Shown here: in pieces, positions 1 to 11,457 of the stretch
How positions within the stretch are numbered: the first letter of the stretch is position 1
Layout of the letters: each line of letters starts with the position of its first letter
NCBI GenBank assembly: GCA_003427395.1
Contig: BFEA01000001.1
Coordinates: 13,639,373 to 13,687,942 of the forward strand
From: Chara braunii
Lineage: Eukaryota; Plantae; Charophyceae
DNA: 48,570 nt
Direction: 5' to 3'
Position numbers and translations under genes: made by a program
The notes under the pieces: generated by a model
What the model was told of the DNA's origin: nothing
Database searches by the model: none
The model's input: the letters and a program-made list of their open reading frames with translations, nothing else

Positions 1-82
<82 letters not shown>
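1..82. repeat. (AG)n microsatellite
   Basis: Direct reading of the sequence. Confidence 0.99.
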
Positions 83-86
<4 letters not shown>

Positions 87-324
87 GTGTGTTGTACACA
101 ACCCCGCAAATGGGCCACAAATAAAAGCATGACTGTGCCAGACTGTTTCGTTGGACTTTCAGGTTGAGCCCCGATAGTGTCTGCGCAGGATGCATTTGAC
201 TGATGGGTACGTTCTCACCACCTTGCTCAGAGCTAGCGATGCCCCTGAGAAAAGTGGCCGGCTTTATTCACACCATCTCTGCAATTCTCACAGACTGTAG
301 GTCCAAACCCTGGCAAGAATGGCA

Positions 325-327
<3 letters not shown>

Positions 328-376
<49 letters not shown>
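328..376. repeat. (GT)n microsatellite
   Basis: Direct reading of the sequence. Confidence 0.99.
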
Positions 377-379
<3 letters not shown>

Positions 380-690
380 GCCCACAACCGCTGTCCGGTC
401 AGGGTAACGACCTTAGATAGTGGAAGGTTGGTAATTTTGTGTGAAAGAAACTAAGCATTATGGCAAAACTCGTATCCTTCCGCCTTCTCGTCTGAGCCCG
501 GTGGCAGTCGGAGAGACTGTCGAGGTTGTCGGGGAGGAGGAGAGGGGGAGAAGGAGAGGGGGAATATTAAAAAAAAAAAAAAAAGCTTAGCAGAATAGCT
601 GGTGTTGCTACTCTTTGAAGAGGAGATCTGCTGCCCTTGTGGCTCGTACAGGTCGGCCCCCGCAGAATTTGCAGCAGCTCCTACTCTTTC

Positions 691-2000
691 TCAAACGATT
701 TCCCCCACGCTTGAATATGGCTGGACACCTGTGCACAAAAACAAAACATAACAGACAACATAACGCACCCCGATCTTCATTGAGGGGTTCACCCATCAAG
801 TGACGTGGACCTGCATCAATGCAACCAAATGCTGGTCGTGGAATCGTCCAAATCCATCTTCGGTCTTTCCTGCTACACCAAATGCCTTGAACGCCGCTAT
901 TGGGGAGGGAGGGGGTGTGGGGAGGGAGGGCGGAGCCCCCCCTCCCCCACACTTGAACATAACACCTATAAACGTACCATGCATATGCTGTAGACGAGTG
1001 TTGTGTATGGAAGAATATTCTAAGTTTCGGTCCATTTGCTGGTACACACAGACGTTGTCTTTAGACTCGATTGTGTCACTTGGATGTATCTGATCGCACT
1101 TAGATCCGTTAATAAAAGAGTCCGAGGGCCTTGCTCCAATACTCTCCAAATGTGTAACATGGGAATGAATCTCCCCGTAGAACATGGAAAGATTCACAGC
1201 CATATTATTTGTCTTTTCTGTATGTGGAGAGTAGTGGAGGGGACCCTCGCTGAAACACAAACCTTCGACAAACACTCTCGCTCCTCCTTAAACACCGGTG
1301 TTGCATGGGGGGGAAGGAGGTGTGGGGGAGAAGGGAAGGGGGGCGAAGGCCCCCCTCCCCAACACTTGAACGTGATGACACCTATAAACATACGGAACAT
1401 AACACACAACTGTGCAACCAAAACACAACAAAATACGCAAGCAAATTGATAGTTATTGTGCACAGTCCCCTCTGAAGTGAGGCGGGCAATGTCGAACACC
1501 GACAAATGAACGAATGTTCAACATGGACAAATGAACGAAGTGCCAAATGCTGAAGCACGAACGTTCCTTTGTGGCGAAATGGCAATGGCAGGTCGCTGAT
1601 CACACAGCTCAACGCTCAAACAAGAACCCATGCCTCTCTTTTTTCCTATGAATCATAAAAAATAAATAAACAGGTCCATATAGCCCTGTGTCCAGTAGAT
1701 TCTCTCCCGTGCTCAACAAAATACTCACACATTGGCCATTGCTACGCGACGCTCTACATGCATTTGGAAACGTTCTTGACTCAATACGTTCAAAAATGTT
1801 GGGCTCGTCCGAATGCACATAGTCGAGAAAACGTCCGAGTGCATGTAGAGTGTTGTGTAGTGGAGCGATGCCCATTTGCTGTCTCACAAATGGCCCACAA
1901 CCGTCCGCCGGGCATGTCTCGACCCTGACACTGACCTGGAAGGTGCTTTCGAAGACGTTTGTGCGAGGCCTGAGGCATGCGCAGTGGACGGTTTTGAGCG
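691..2000 (-). pseudogene. Spliced coding relic, possibly a CACTA/EnSpm-like transposase C-terminal region
   Basis: Open exon-like blocks 1286-978 (GARVFVEGLCFSEG...EKTNNMAVNLSMFYGEIHSH...) and 885-769 (GIWCSRKDRRWIWTIPRP...) are bounded by GT-AG segments 1393-1287, 977-886 and possibly 768-729. An upstream frame has YGPVY...HGFLFER. The family assignment rests on motif resemblance only. Confidence 0.35.
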
Positions 2001-2499
2001 TTTTGACTGGACCGTTTGCTTGTGAAAAAGGACCACGAAGGGCACCGCAGACCCAAGTCGGGGCCCGTTCAGTTGGCGTCCAGGAGGTCCAAGGTTCAAT
2101 CCCCATTGGCCTTATGCAATGTGTATGGTCTGGGCTCCCCCTCCTCCACACCACCTTTCCCCCCATGCAATCTGAGGGGGGGGTGCCCGGGTCAAGTGCT
2201 AAGACACTGATCGAAAATTGTGCTACTACAAGCCATCTGATCCACGGCCCCAGGCTGCGCCACCATCTAGCAGTCTTGGGTGAGTATTTCCTTAGCCTTT
2301 AGAATTCCTAAATGTGTTCGGCCGCTGATATAGCCGGGCCGGATGAATCTGACCATCGTCACCTGCAAAAGTGGAGCTCGGCTCTGTGTTTCAACTGTTC
2401 ATGGGTATATATATATACCTAAGAAAGACCGAGGCCTGTGCCACAGCTTCACACATAACTGAAGCTTGACCCTTGTCTGGTACTTGCACAGCCTCCCCC

Positions 2500-2597
2500 G
2501 GGCCAAGTCCCACTTACCCGAAATCTCAATTTCCGACCATAGATTAGGAAGATCGACGGCCAAGAATGAAAGATCAGCGTAATTGGGACTTGGCCCC
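2500..2597. mobile_element. ~100-bp MITE-like inverted-repeat element
   Basis: Ends GGGCCAAGTCCCACTTAC ... GTAATTGGGACTTGGCCC. The same terminus recurs at ~8298-8316 and ~9229-9247. Confidence 0.6.
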
Positions 2598-3166
2598 CGT
2601 ACGCGCGTCTCCGGGCCTTGTCCCCCCCCTTCGCCCGCGTTTCGCAGTGCCTGGGCTTTTCTTCGACCAGATTCGGAATCACCTGCGCACTGCCGACGTC
2701 AGCCTGCCCTTGGCTCCGCTATCAGTTTTTTGTGAGAATTCCTTCCTACCGTGGGAGGAGGAGGGACGATCCCGCCGTGGGGTGCCAGCAGATAGATGGC
2801 GCATTCGCTTCGCTACCGGAAGGGTTGATTTTTATTTATTAGGGGTTCCGATGGACTCTATGGGTTCGCCATTGAGCAGGTCGTGCCGGCGCATTCGCTG
2901 CTACCGGTAGCAGCTTATTACCACATTACCACAGTGGTCGCGCGCCCTCGGCCACTGCTTCCCATTTTGGCTTTTGTCTGGGCGACCGATTGGCTCAGAA
3001 GACGTGCCCATTTCGTTTCGTTTTCGGTCCCGTTGGTGTATCCATAGCCGAAGCCTTACTTCGTTGGCGTTTGCTTCAGGCAAGCAAGGAGGAGGAGAGA
3101 GGAGCAAACGACGAAGAGGAGCAAGCGAGGAGCAAGGTGGGAAGTATAAAAGATAAAAGATAAAAG

Positions 3167-3282
3167 ATGGGGGAGTTGCAGGTCGCTCTGACGGCAGATT
3201 TTGGATACGTGATCTTGGCGACGGCATTCGCCATCTTGGCTCATCAATGGATGGGCATCCGAGTAGGCAAGGCGCGCAAAGA
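3167..3282 (+). CDS. MGST3: MAPEG-family microsomal glutathione S-transferase 3-like, exon 1 of 5
   Basis: ATG at 3167 gives MGELQVALTADFGYVILATAFAILAHQWMGIRVGKARK plus GA, followed by a GTACGT donor at 3283. Matches the MAPEG N-terminus (GYV..., VGxARK). Confidence 0.93.
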
Positions 3283-3303
3283 GTACGTACTGTACTTTAC
3301 AGT

Positions 3304-3905
3304 TCTGTGATTGCCATTCTCCCAATCCCAATCCCAATCAGTTTGCTTCCAATCACGGGCCTCGCTCCATTACTCACACAAACAAATGTGCAAAATGAGA
3401 ACGAAAATCTTGCGCTAGGACGTTGGAAGATACACCGCCGCCGCCGCCACGTTTTTTTGGTTGTTTTTGCATGTGGTCTCCGCCACGTTTTTTTGTTTTT
3501 TTTTGCATGTGGTTTCTGATTGCCATTCTCCCAATCAGTTTCCTTCCAATCACGGGCCTCGATCCACTACACTCGCCAAATGTGCAAAACGAGGAACGAA
3601 TCTTCTGCTAGAACAAGGGAAGATACACCGTCTTTTTTTTTTTTTTTGTCTTTTGTGCATGTGGTCTCTGATTAAACGAGGAACGAGTCTTCCTCTAGAA
3701 CAATGGAAGATACACCGCCTTTTTTTTTGTGTGTGTGTTTTGTGCATGTGGTCTCTGATTGCCATTGCCATTCTCCCAATCAGTTTCCTTCCAATCACGG
3801 GCCTCGCTCCATTACTCGCCAAACAAATGTGGCAAACTGAGAGCGAATCTTCCGCTAGAACATGGGTAGATACGCCGCCATATGTTTTGTCGTTTGTGCA
3901 CGTGG
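3304..3905. repeat. Degenerate tandem repeat, ~200-bp unit, ~3.5 copies, at the start of intron 1
   Basis: Recurring TGATTGCCATTCTCCCAATCAGTTT..CCAATCACGGGCCTCG ... GCTAGAACA..GGAAGATACACCG ... GCATGTGGTCTC. Confidence 0.9.
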
Positions 3906-4497
3906 TGAGTAGTGGAGCGAGGCCCCATCTCCCGCTAATCCCATCCTGTGCGCATCTTGAGCTGGAGGTCGATGAAAGAACCCATTTGTTCTCTTACCCC
4001 TCGGGACGTCCCTGCCCAGCTCTACTCCTCCGTGTTGAGGTCGCCCTCCTCCTCCTACCGAACTCTTTTCTCCATTGTAACCTCTCTCAGGGCATACTCA
4101 CACTGCCACTTTTTCACTTAACTATTTCTGGACGTAATCGAGGTCAGATACATTCAGGTATGGCCGTAATTGCAGTCAGATGCATTTAGGAAATTACCAT
4201 ACCAGTGTGAGCATGTCCTCACGCTTCTTTCTTCAAGTCTCTGCGCGCTGTGAGAGAGTGTTCACACGAAACTTCACAGAACTGTCTCGGATTCATCGGA
4301 ATGTGATGACACTCAGACCCCCCCCCCTGTCTTCATCACTCTATTGGACCGACACAGGACACACAGACAGAGAGCATGGCACGGTCGTGATCAGGGTGTG
4401 TTGTGTTTGGGGTAGACGGTAGCGGAAAGAAGTACCCTGTCGATCAAAAGCAAAGGAGTCCTGCGAAAGTGCGAAGGGCTAAAAAAAAAAGGGAAGG

Positions 4498-4681
4498 GTT
4501 AACTTCGGCGCAGTCACGAAAACAGTTTGAAAATGCACTTCAGGCATTGCCCCGAACACAACACACCCCCACGTGACCCCACCCGACCCGAAACCTAGGT
4601 TATATACATTCACCATTACAGGCCCTTTTGCCTCAACAAGTGCATTTTCAAACTCAAACCCTGACTGCGCCGTAGTTTTCT
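4498..4681. mobile_element. Foldback MITE, same family as 40188-40377
   Basis: AACTTCGGCGCAGTCA..AGTTTGAAAATGCACTT pairs with AAGTGCATTTTCAAACT..TGACTGCGCCGTAGTT. Confidence 0.7.
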
Positions 4682-5334
4682 CAAAATGGAGGGGGAAGTA
4701 GAAAAAGGTCGGAGGGCTGTGCTACCGGCTTAGAGTGAATGGAACGCAAAAAGCAAAACAAGTCTCTGAGAACATTATGTAACATGCTTTGCCTGCCTGG
4801 TAAGGATTCCCCTGTTGCGCTCTCTTCCCTTCCTCAGGAAGGAAGGAAGGAAGGAAGGAACACAGAGAGGTCGACGAATCTTCCGCTAGAACAATGGATA
4901 GGGAAGACGAATCTTCCGGTACAGCCAAGATAAGGGTGCGTTGTGTTCGGGGGAAGACGGTAGGCCCGTTGGTTGAAACTGTTTTTTTTTGTTTTTTTTT
5001 TGATGTGTGTGCTGGAGGACAGTACATCTGGCCCGTTGGTTGGAACTTCTTCCTTTTTTTTTTTTTTGGCTGTTTTTTTTTTTTTTTCGTCTTTTGCGGA
5101 TCTCATGCTTCACGCTATCATCGATGGCGGCGGCGACCGTTCAGCTTTGGAATTATCGGGTTTGGAAATTCAGGATTTTATGAAGATGGGAATTCATCTT
5201 TCCATCTGCACAAATAAAAACTAATATACTAATATGCATCATGGACAACGGGAATAATAAGCCGCAGAATATGAAAATCCAGTTTCGACCAATGAGCCTC
5301 AAAAAAAAAAAACAGAAAAAAAAAAAGCCTTTTT

Positions 5335-5400
5335 GTAGCTTGGTTGGTCCACCAATGAACTGCTGAAATACAGACCTGCGTTCGAATCCAGATGGACCTG
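5335..5400 (+). mobile_element. tRNA-derived SINE-like head (related copies at 12760-12828 and 2371-2402 on -)
   Basis: A-box-like TAGCTTGGTTGG and B-box GTTCGAATCC flank TGAACTGCTGAAATACAGACC; the same core recurs reverse-complemented at the other two sites. Confidence 0.5.
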
Positions 5401-5585
5401 GACCTAATAGGTGTATGTATGCAATGAAAAAAACGATTATGAATTAATTACCTGGGGCTGGTCAACTCGATGATGATATCTCAAGGCCGTCGCCCTTTCT
5501 AGAAGAAAAAAGGAGAAAAAAAAAAATCCAGTTTCTTAAGCGAACAATGGCTTGTCCGTGGCGCATCATTTTATGATTATTAATA

Positions 5586-5971
5586 GGGAAAATTGTTGAA
5601 ATACTCCTGAAAGTTGGGGTATTTCGTCAGATACCCCTAAAACACGGGTACGCGCCGAAATGCCTCAAACTTCTGCATCTGCCCCCGTCCCACTCATCAG
5701 CAACTTTGCCATATGCCCTGGCCCTGGGCTGCGGAGGCCCGTGCATTTCTTTTTTGCCATCGGCAGAGTCCAACGGCCAGAAATACCGGGGCAGATAGAC
5801 AAGTTGCCCAGGGCCCAGTAGGGGTATATATGCAAAAGATAGCAGGTCCAATTGGGGAGGGGTATTTCGCAAAGTTTCCCACGTGTCATAGGGGCATGTC
5901 GCCATTCCCATGCCTTTCAGGAGTATCTAACGAAATAGCCCAACTTTCAGGGGCATTTTAACAATTTCCCC
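5586..5971. mobile_element. Mutator-like MITE
   Basis: ~60-bp TIRs (GGGAAAATTGTTGAAATACTCCTGAAAGTTGGG.. / ..CCCAACTTTCAGGGGCATTTTAACAATTTCCCC) and a 9-bp TSD TTATTAATA/TTATTATTA (8/9 match). Confidence 0.8.
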
Positions 5972-6045
5972 TTATTATTATTAGTATTATTACTATTATG
6001 GACAACGTGAATGACGGAGGTTAGTCCGCGGAATGTATTATGGTA

Positions 6046-6473
6046 TTATGCTATTGAAGATTGGGCGGCAAAGCCGAATCTGGTCAGCGTTCCGCAGACC
6101 GGTCCATTCATTTGTCCATCTTCTTAGTAATGTATTATAGTCTTATTATGTTATCGAAGAGTGGGCGGCAAATCCGAATCTGGTCAGCATTCCGCAGACC
6201 GGTCCATTCATTCGTCCATCTTCTTAATGTATTATAGTATTACTGTATGTTATCGAAGAGTGGGCGGCAAATCCGAATCTGGTCAGCGTTCCGCAGACCG
6301 GTCCATTCATTCGTCCATCTTCTTAATAATGTATTATAGNCTGGTCAGCGTTCCGCAGACCGGTCCATTCATTCGTCCATCTTCTTAATAATGTATTATA
6401 GTATTATTATGTTATCGAAGAGTGGGCGGCAAATCTGAATCTGGTCAGCGTTCCGCAGACCGGTCCATTCATT
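6046..6473. repeat. Tandem repeat, ~100-bp unit, ~4.5 copies
   Basis: Repeated GAAGAGTGGGCGGCAAATCCGAATCTGGTCAGCGTTCCGCAGACCGGTCCATTCAT. A single N inside suggests an assembly join. Confidence 0.95.
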
Positions 6474-6789
6474 GCCTATAAAAGAAACTGTTTACTTCTC
6501 TTCTTCGCATTTAACAAAATTGCTGCATAGAAGAAGGCATCTCCACTATAGGTGCACCTGGCCCGGAAAGTGATCTGTATACAGCTGCACAGACCATTCC
6601 TCCGTTTCTGGGAGTGATACCAGGCTCGGAGGTAATGTTGAAGTTATGCTGGCCTTGCATACGACGAAACAGCATCAATTTTTTTTCGTACTCAAATTTT
6701 ACAGCATAGAAGGACGCCGTAAATTTTTTTTTTTTGCTTTCCCATCTTCTACTTCGCCGTAAGGTGTCCTTACCTGGGGCCAAATCCCA

Positions 6790-6927
6790 CAAGCAGCGTT
6801 GAGTTTCCTCAACGCCTGAATCTGGTCGTTTTTGTGGAGATGTGCAGTAATCGCATTGAGTTTTCTCAACTGCACGTCTCCACAAACACGTCCAGATTCA
6901 GGCGTTGAGGAAACTCAACGCTGCTTG
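6790..6927. mobile_element. MITE with ~36-bp TIRs (related copy at ~13140-13230)
   Basis: CAAGCAGCGTTGAGTTTCCTCAACGCCTGAATCTGG ... CCAGATTCAGGCGTTGAGGAAACTCAACGCTGCTTG. Confidence 0.75.
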
Positions 6928-7016
6928 CCCCTGCTAAAGACGGAGTAGCTTTCTGCACTTACTGTACACGTTAGCGAAAGGAAAATTACAAAAGAATCTT
7001 CTTGCGAAGCTACCGG

Positions 7017-7405
7017 TAGGCTACCAGAGTGGCCCGGCACCACTTGCCCGGCCGGACCAAAAAAACAACAAAATAAAAATATTTTTTAATTTTATTCTTT
7101 ATTTCAAATTTTCGATGTGACCCTGAGGCAAAATTGTTCAGTTTATTTTTCTGCATAGAATTTTTTTTTTAAGATTATTTTTAAAGATTTTTTTTGAGAT
7201 TTTTTTTTAAAGATTTTTTTTTAGATTTTTTTTTTAGATTTTTTTTTTAGATTTTTTTTTTAGATTTTTTCTTTAGATTTTTTTTAGATTTTTTTTAGAT
7301 TTTTTTTTTTTGCTGGGCACCTCCCTTGGTGCGTGCACGGCCGGGCCGCCCAGGTCACAGCCGCCCGGGCAAACAAAATGACCCGGGCGGCCCGGCTGGT
7401 AGCTC
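7017..7405. mobile_element. Non-autonomous DNA-transposon-like repeat (inverted partial copy at ~39130-39298)
   Basis: Ends TAGGCTACCAG..GCCCGG / GCCCGGCTGGTAGCT with an internal AGATTTTTTT array. The left end and the CGATGTGACCCTGAGGCA segment match the reverse complement of 39130-39298. Confidence 0.55.
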
Positions 7406-8297
7406 GCTACTGTCTTTTTTTCTTTTTTTTTTAATGGAGCGCATCAAGTGCCGAGCCGCACACAGAAGACTGCGGTACACATACTGTTACGCGTTAGCAA
7501 AAAGGAAAATTGCGACGACAAACAAAAGAATTACCTGCTGATGTCTTTTTCTGTGTTCTATACACGTCAACCTACCGTAGTTGGAGGTTGGAGTCCATCA
7601 ACCGTAGTAAAAGAAAACAAAGAAGGCTTTCGTGTTTTGTTTCTAGAAGGTCTCTCTCTGCCGTGACATCTCTATAAGGTGTTGGACGGTACAACAAGAT
7701 GGATGGTCTGTCTCTGCACGGGCTCTCTCTTGCACGGTCTCTCTCTGCCGTGACATCTCTCTAAGGTTCATGGTACAACAAGATTGACGACTTACAGTGG
7801 CAGGGGGTACGTAGGGGTCTTATCTACAATGAACGTGGTCACAAAGCAGAAAGGGAAAAAAAATAGAGGAGAGATCTTGGGGGACGTTTGTTTACGTAGG
7901 GGTTCTTTCCTTCCGGCGAAACTGTTTCAAAGGTTGTAGGGAAACCCCTACGTAAGCGTTTGAGCGGATTTGGCAGTTGTATATATAAGACGAAGAAGCA
8001 AAGTCAGCGCAGAGCCGCGTCTGACTCGTTCGCAAACACATAACCAAACATGCAAAGTCATGCACGGAAGGGCAGTATGTGAAAAGGAATCTCGAAACAA
8101 GTGGTCTTCTCAAAAAGACAGCGCACCGCGAGACCAGTTATAGCCAAGCTATGACTTCCTCATCCCCATCCTCGCCGCCAAGATACCCGTAATCCACCGG
8201 AAGATGAAGCCGATTGGCAGATCCCCTACTACTGCCACTACCGACTTCGCCCAGATAGAACGCTCGGTCATTATAGCTGTATCTGGACTGAAAATTG

Positions 8298-10060
8298 GTA
8301 AGTGGGACTTGGCCCCGGGAAACGGGAAGGGTACCTAGCGGAAAGGGGACCAGGACAGGGTCAGGAATAATGGGACTGGGCCAGGGACTAAGGTACGGTT
8401 TTCGAGTTATTATGCTCCAGGTAGGAACTGGGCTGGACCAGGTACGACAGATGTCGGACCACGCCAGGTAGGAACCGGACTGGCTATTGGTAGGATGTGA
8501 CACGAGAATGCACCAGGTCGGCAACAGGACCAGGTATGACAGGTGTCGGACCGCGCCAGGTAGGAACCGGGCTGGGGATTNNNNNNNNNNNNNNNNNNNN
8601 NNNNNNNNNNNNNNNNNNNNNNNNNNNNNNNNNNNNNNNNNNNNNNNNNNNNNNNNNNNNNNNNNNNNNNNNNNNNNNNNNNNNNNNNNNNNNNNNNNNN
8701 NNNNNNNNNNNNNNNNNNNNNNNNNNNNNNNNNNNNNNNNNNNNNNNNNNNNNNNNNNNNNNNNNNNNNNNNNNNNNNNNNNNNNNNNNNNNNNNNNNNN
8801 NNNNNNNNNNNNNNNNNNNNNNNNNNNNNNNNNNNNNNNNNNNNNNNNNNNNNNNNNNNNNNNNNNNNNNNNNNNNNNNNNNNNNNNNNNNNNNNNNNNN
8901 NNNNNNNNNNNNNNNNNNNNNNNNNNNNNNNNNNNNNNNNNNNNNNNNNNNNNNNNNNNNNNNNNNNNNNNNNNNNNNNNNNNNNNNNNNNNNNNNNNNN
9001 NNNNNGGTCCGACAGATGTCGGATCGCGCCAGGTAGGAACCCGGCTGGGGATTGGTAGGATGTAACACGAGAATGTACCAGGTCGGCAACAGGACCAGGT
9101 GCGGCAGATGTAGGACCAGCAGAACATACGGAGGAACGACTGCACTGCCCAAGGACAGGAACACACAGGGTACGACACGAGTCGACAGGAAGTATCTCGA
9201 ACTCCCCCTGATGAGATGAAAGATCAGCGTAAGTGGGACTTGGCCCCCGATAATCCTGAGGGCAGGAAAGAGTACCCGTTCCGCAAGGACCGGTAATACC
9301 CTTTCCGTTAGTACCCTTTCCCTTTCCCGATAATCAGAGTACCCGTCCCGTACCTTATTCAGTTCTTAGGTCTGGACCCCACAGGCGTGCTGAAAAGCGT
9401 ATGGATTGGCGCAGAGGGTCTTTTTGCAGACCGCGCAGACCGCAGGGAGCGGCCAGGAAAACTTTGGGCAGACGTTTTCACATAGGGTCATGATGGGGAA
9501 TTCCTCCGTGGCACTCCGATTTCTGAAATATTGTGGCAAAACAACATGGTACCCCCAGGCTACCCTCTTGATTCAGCCATCCCGTGCGGAAAGGAGGCAC
9601 AGGGATTGGACGGTGTGCTGAAAAAGAGGAGGCGAACTTGCCCGAAAGGGCAAGTCTTCCTGATCTGGTAACCTAAACCCGCGGACGTGCCGAAATCTGC
9701 TGTGGCAGTGGAGTCCCTTTTCTCTTGCCCATTCCCTACAGCTACAATTTGTGCTGTCGGATGCTTTCCAGATGCAAAGATACCACGGGCCTGTGGGGTC
9801 CAGCCCTTATTCCCTGGCCCAGTCCCAGTATTCCTGATCCTGTCCTGGTCCCCTTTCCGCCAGGTACCCTCCGTTTCCCAATAATCCTGAGGGTGGGAAA
9901 AAAGAGTACCCATTCCGTAAGTACCCGTAGTACCCTTCCCCTTTGCCGATAATCTCGAGGGTGGGAAAGAGTACCCGTCCCGAACCTTATTCAGTTCCTT
10001 AGTCCCAGTCCCAGTCCCAGTCCCAGTATTCCTGATCCTGTTCTGGTCCCCTTTGATAAA
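8298..10060. repeat. Composite repeat region with inverted, direct and tandem modules
   Basis: 8315-8390 is inverted at 9810-9880; 9250-9368 is directly repeated at ~9880-10000; ~90-100-bp tandem units lie on both sides of the 8581-9005 gap. Confidence 0.7.
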
Positions 10061-10355
10061 AAAAAAACAGATCCCTGGCCTGTTCCAAATTTCCCGAATC
10101 CGAACGAGGTATCCATTCCCCTCCATGCCCCTCCGCCCTCTTTTTTTACCAGCTACATAACTTCTCCCCCCCCCCNNNNNNNNNNNNNNNNNNNNNNNNN
10201 NNNNNNNNNNNNNNNNNNNNNNNNNNNNNNNNNNNNNNNNCCCCCCCCCCTCTTTTCCCCAAGAGGGGGCTTGGTCCTTTGATGAACTTCCCCAGGCAGT
10301 CATTAAACATGTTCCCCGGGTAGTTCTGCAAACGCAGTTGCTGCTTCAGTGTTAA

Positions 10356-10508
10356 ACCACCAGTACTTGGCCCAGCTATAGGCCGCAGAAAAAAAAAAAG
10401 AGTAGAAACGATTCTAGTCGGATGAATTTGGGCGCTCCTGTAGTAGCCCGTACATTTCCTAAAAATCGTGGCGCGTTAACGGGCACGACTCTAGGAAGTA
10501 CTCGTGGT
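10356..10508. mobile_element. 153-bp MITE with TTAA target-site duplication
   Basis: TTAA|ACCACCAGTACTT...AAGTACTCGTGGT|TTAA (12/13 TIR match). Removing it with one TTAA restores the RT frame (GMLTLKQQ). Confidence 0.85.
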
Positions 10509-11303
10509 TTAACATACCCAATCCGGCCAGTTCATCCGTCGAAGACATCTGCCGAATTCTGTACAACGCACTACGTAGTAATAATAACTGCCTTCTTCTG
10601 ACGGGCTGATGGGTACGATTCGAAATCCTGGATGGTACGAAAGGTAAATTTTCCCTCCGCCCGAACGCTCTCCAAATTCTTCGGATAACTCTGACACGTC
10701 ACCACATTATTGACTTGTATTTCCACCTTCGTCCCCAAGAAATCCCATGTGCCCCTCCCCTCATCCGTTCTCTTCAACGTTAGTCGATTATCATACCATA
10801 CGTACCTTCGAACAAATTCAGCTCATTACCCTCCTTCTTCGAAAGATGGTCACATCATCCATGACCCTAACCCCAACCCCTCTTGCCAAATTCCTATGGG
10901 CACCTAAACTTTGCAAAAAATAATACTCATTCATTGCACAAAGAATACATGCCAATGGGGGCCCTCTGCTTTTTCCCATTGGAATTCCCACTCGTTGTTT
11001 AATCAGTCTCTCTGATGCCACAATGAAAGTGTGTTCCAATTCAAAGTTCACCGTCGTCTCAATTGCTTCAAAACTCACTTTCATCCACCTATGCACCCCT
11101 GTTTTCCGTGCGAACGACAAACCTTTCCCTCTCCGTTTATCATCCCCACTTCCTTTCTCTTCTTTTCATACCAGTCCAAGATCCATTTTATTGGAGTTAC
11201 GGTCCAAGATCCATTTTACTGGAGTTATGGTCCAAGATCCATTTGACCGCAGTTATGATCGAGTCGGGGCGCTGTTCACTTACTAAATATTTCTTTTCTC
11301 TAG

Positions 11304-11457
11304 ACCAGTGCAGTACTTCCTCAAGTGGTGCCCCCGTTAACAAGCCATGATTTTAGGAAACGTATGGGCCACTACAGGAGCGCTCAAATTCATCCAACTA
11401 GAAATGTTTCTACTCTATTTTTTTCCGCGGTCGATAGCTGGGCCAAGTACTGGTGGT
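11304..11457. mobile_element. Second, inverted copy of the TTAA MITE
   Basis: Reverse-complement match to 10356-10508; right flank TTAA, left flank degenerate; sits inside the YDIKE motif of the RT. Confidence 0.75.

Noticed and set aside
6046-6473. CRISPR-like appearance of the tandem array (also 23047-23121)
   Set aside because: No unique spacers, eukaryotic context, and no cas genes.
8138-9178. Long ORFs spanning N runs (also 9560-10303, 16986-17597, 32638-33294 and 42660-43281)
   Set aside because: Their length comes from assembly gaps, not coding sequence.
9208-9221. CTGATGA...GAAA hammerhead-like words (also CTGATGA at ~42701)
   Set aside because: No room for, or no pairing of, stem II; no matching stems.
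10356-11457. Single element with 150-bp TIRs carrying an RT, or a Penelope inverted pLTR
   Set aside because: The RT continues beyond both repeats, and each repeat has its own TIRs and TTAA flank, so they are two MITE insertions.
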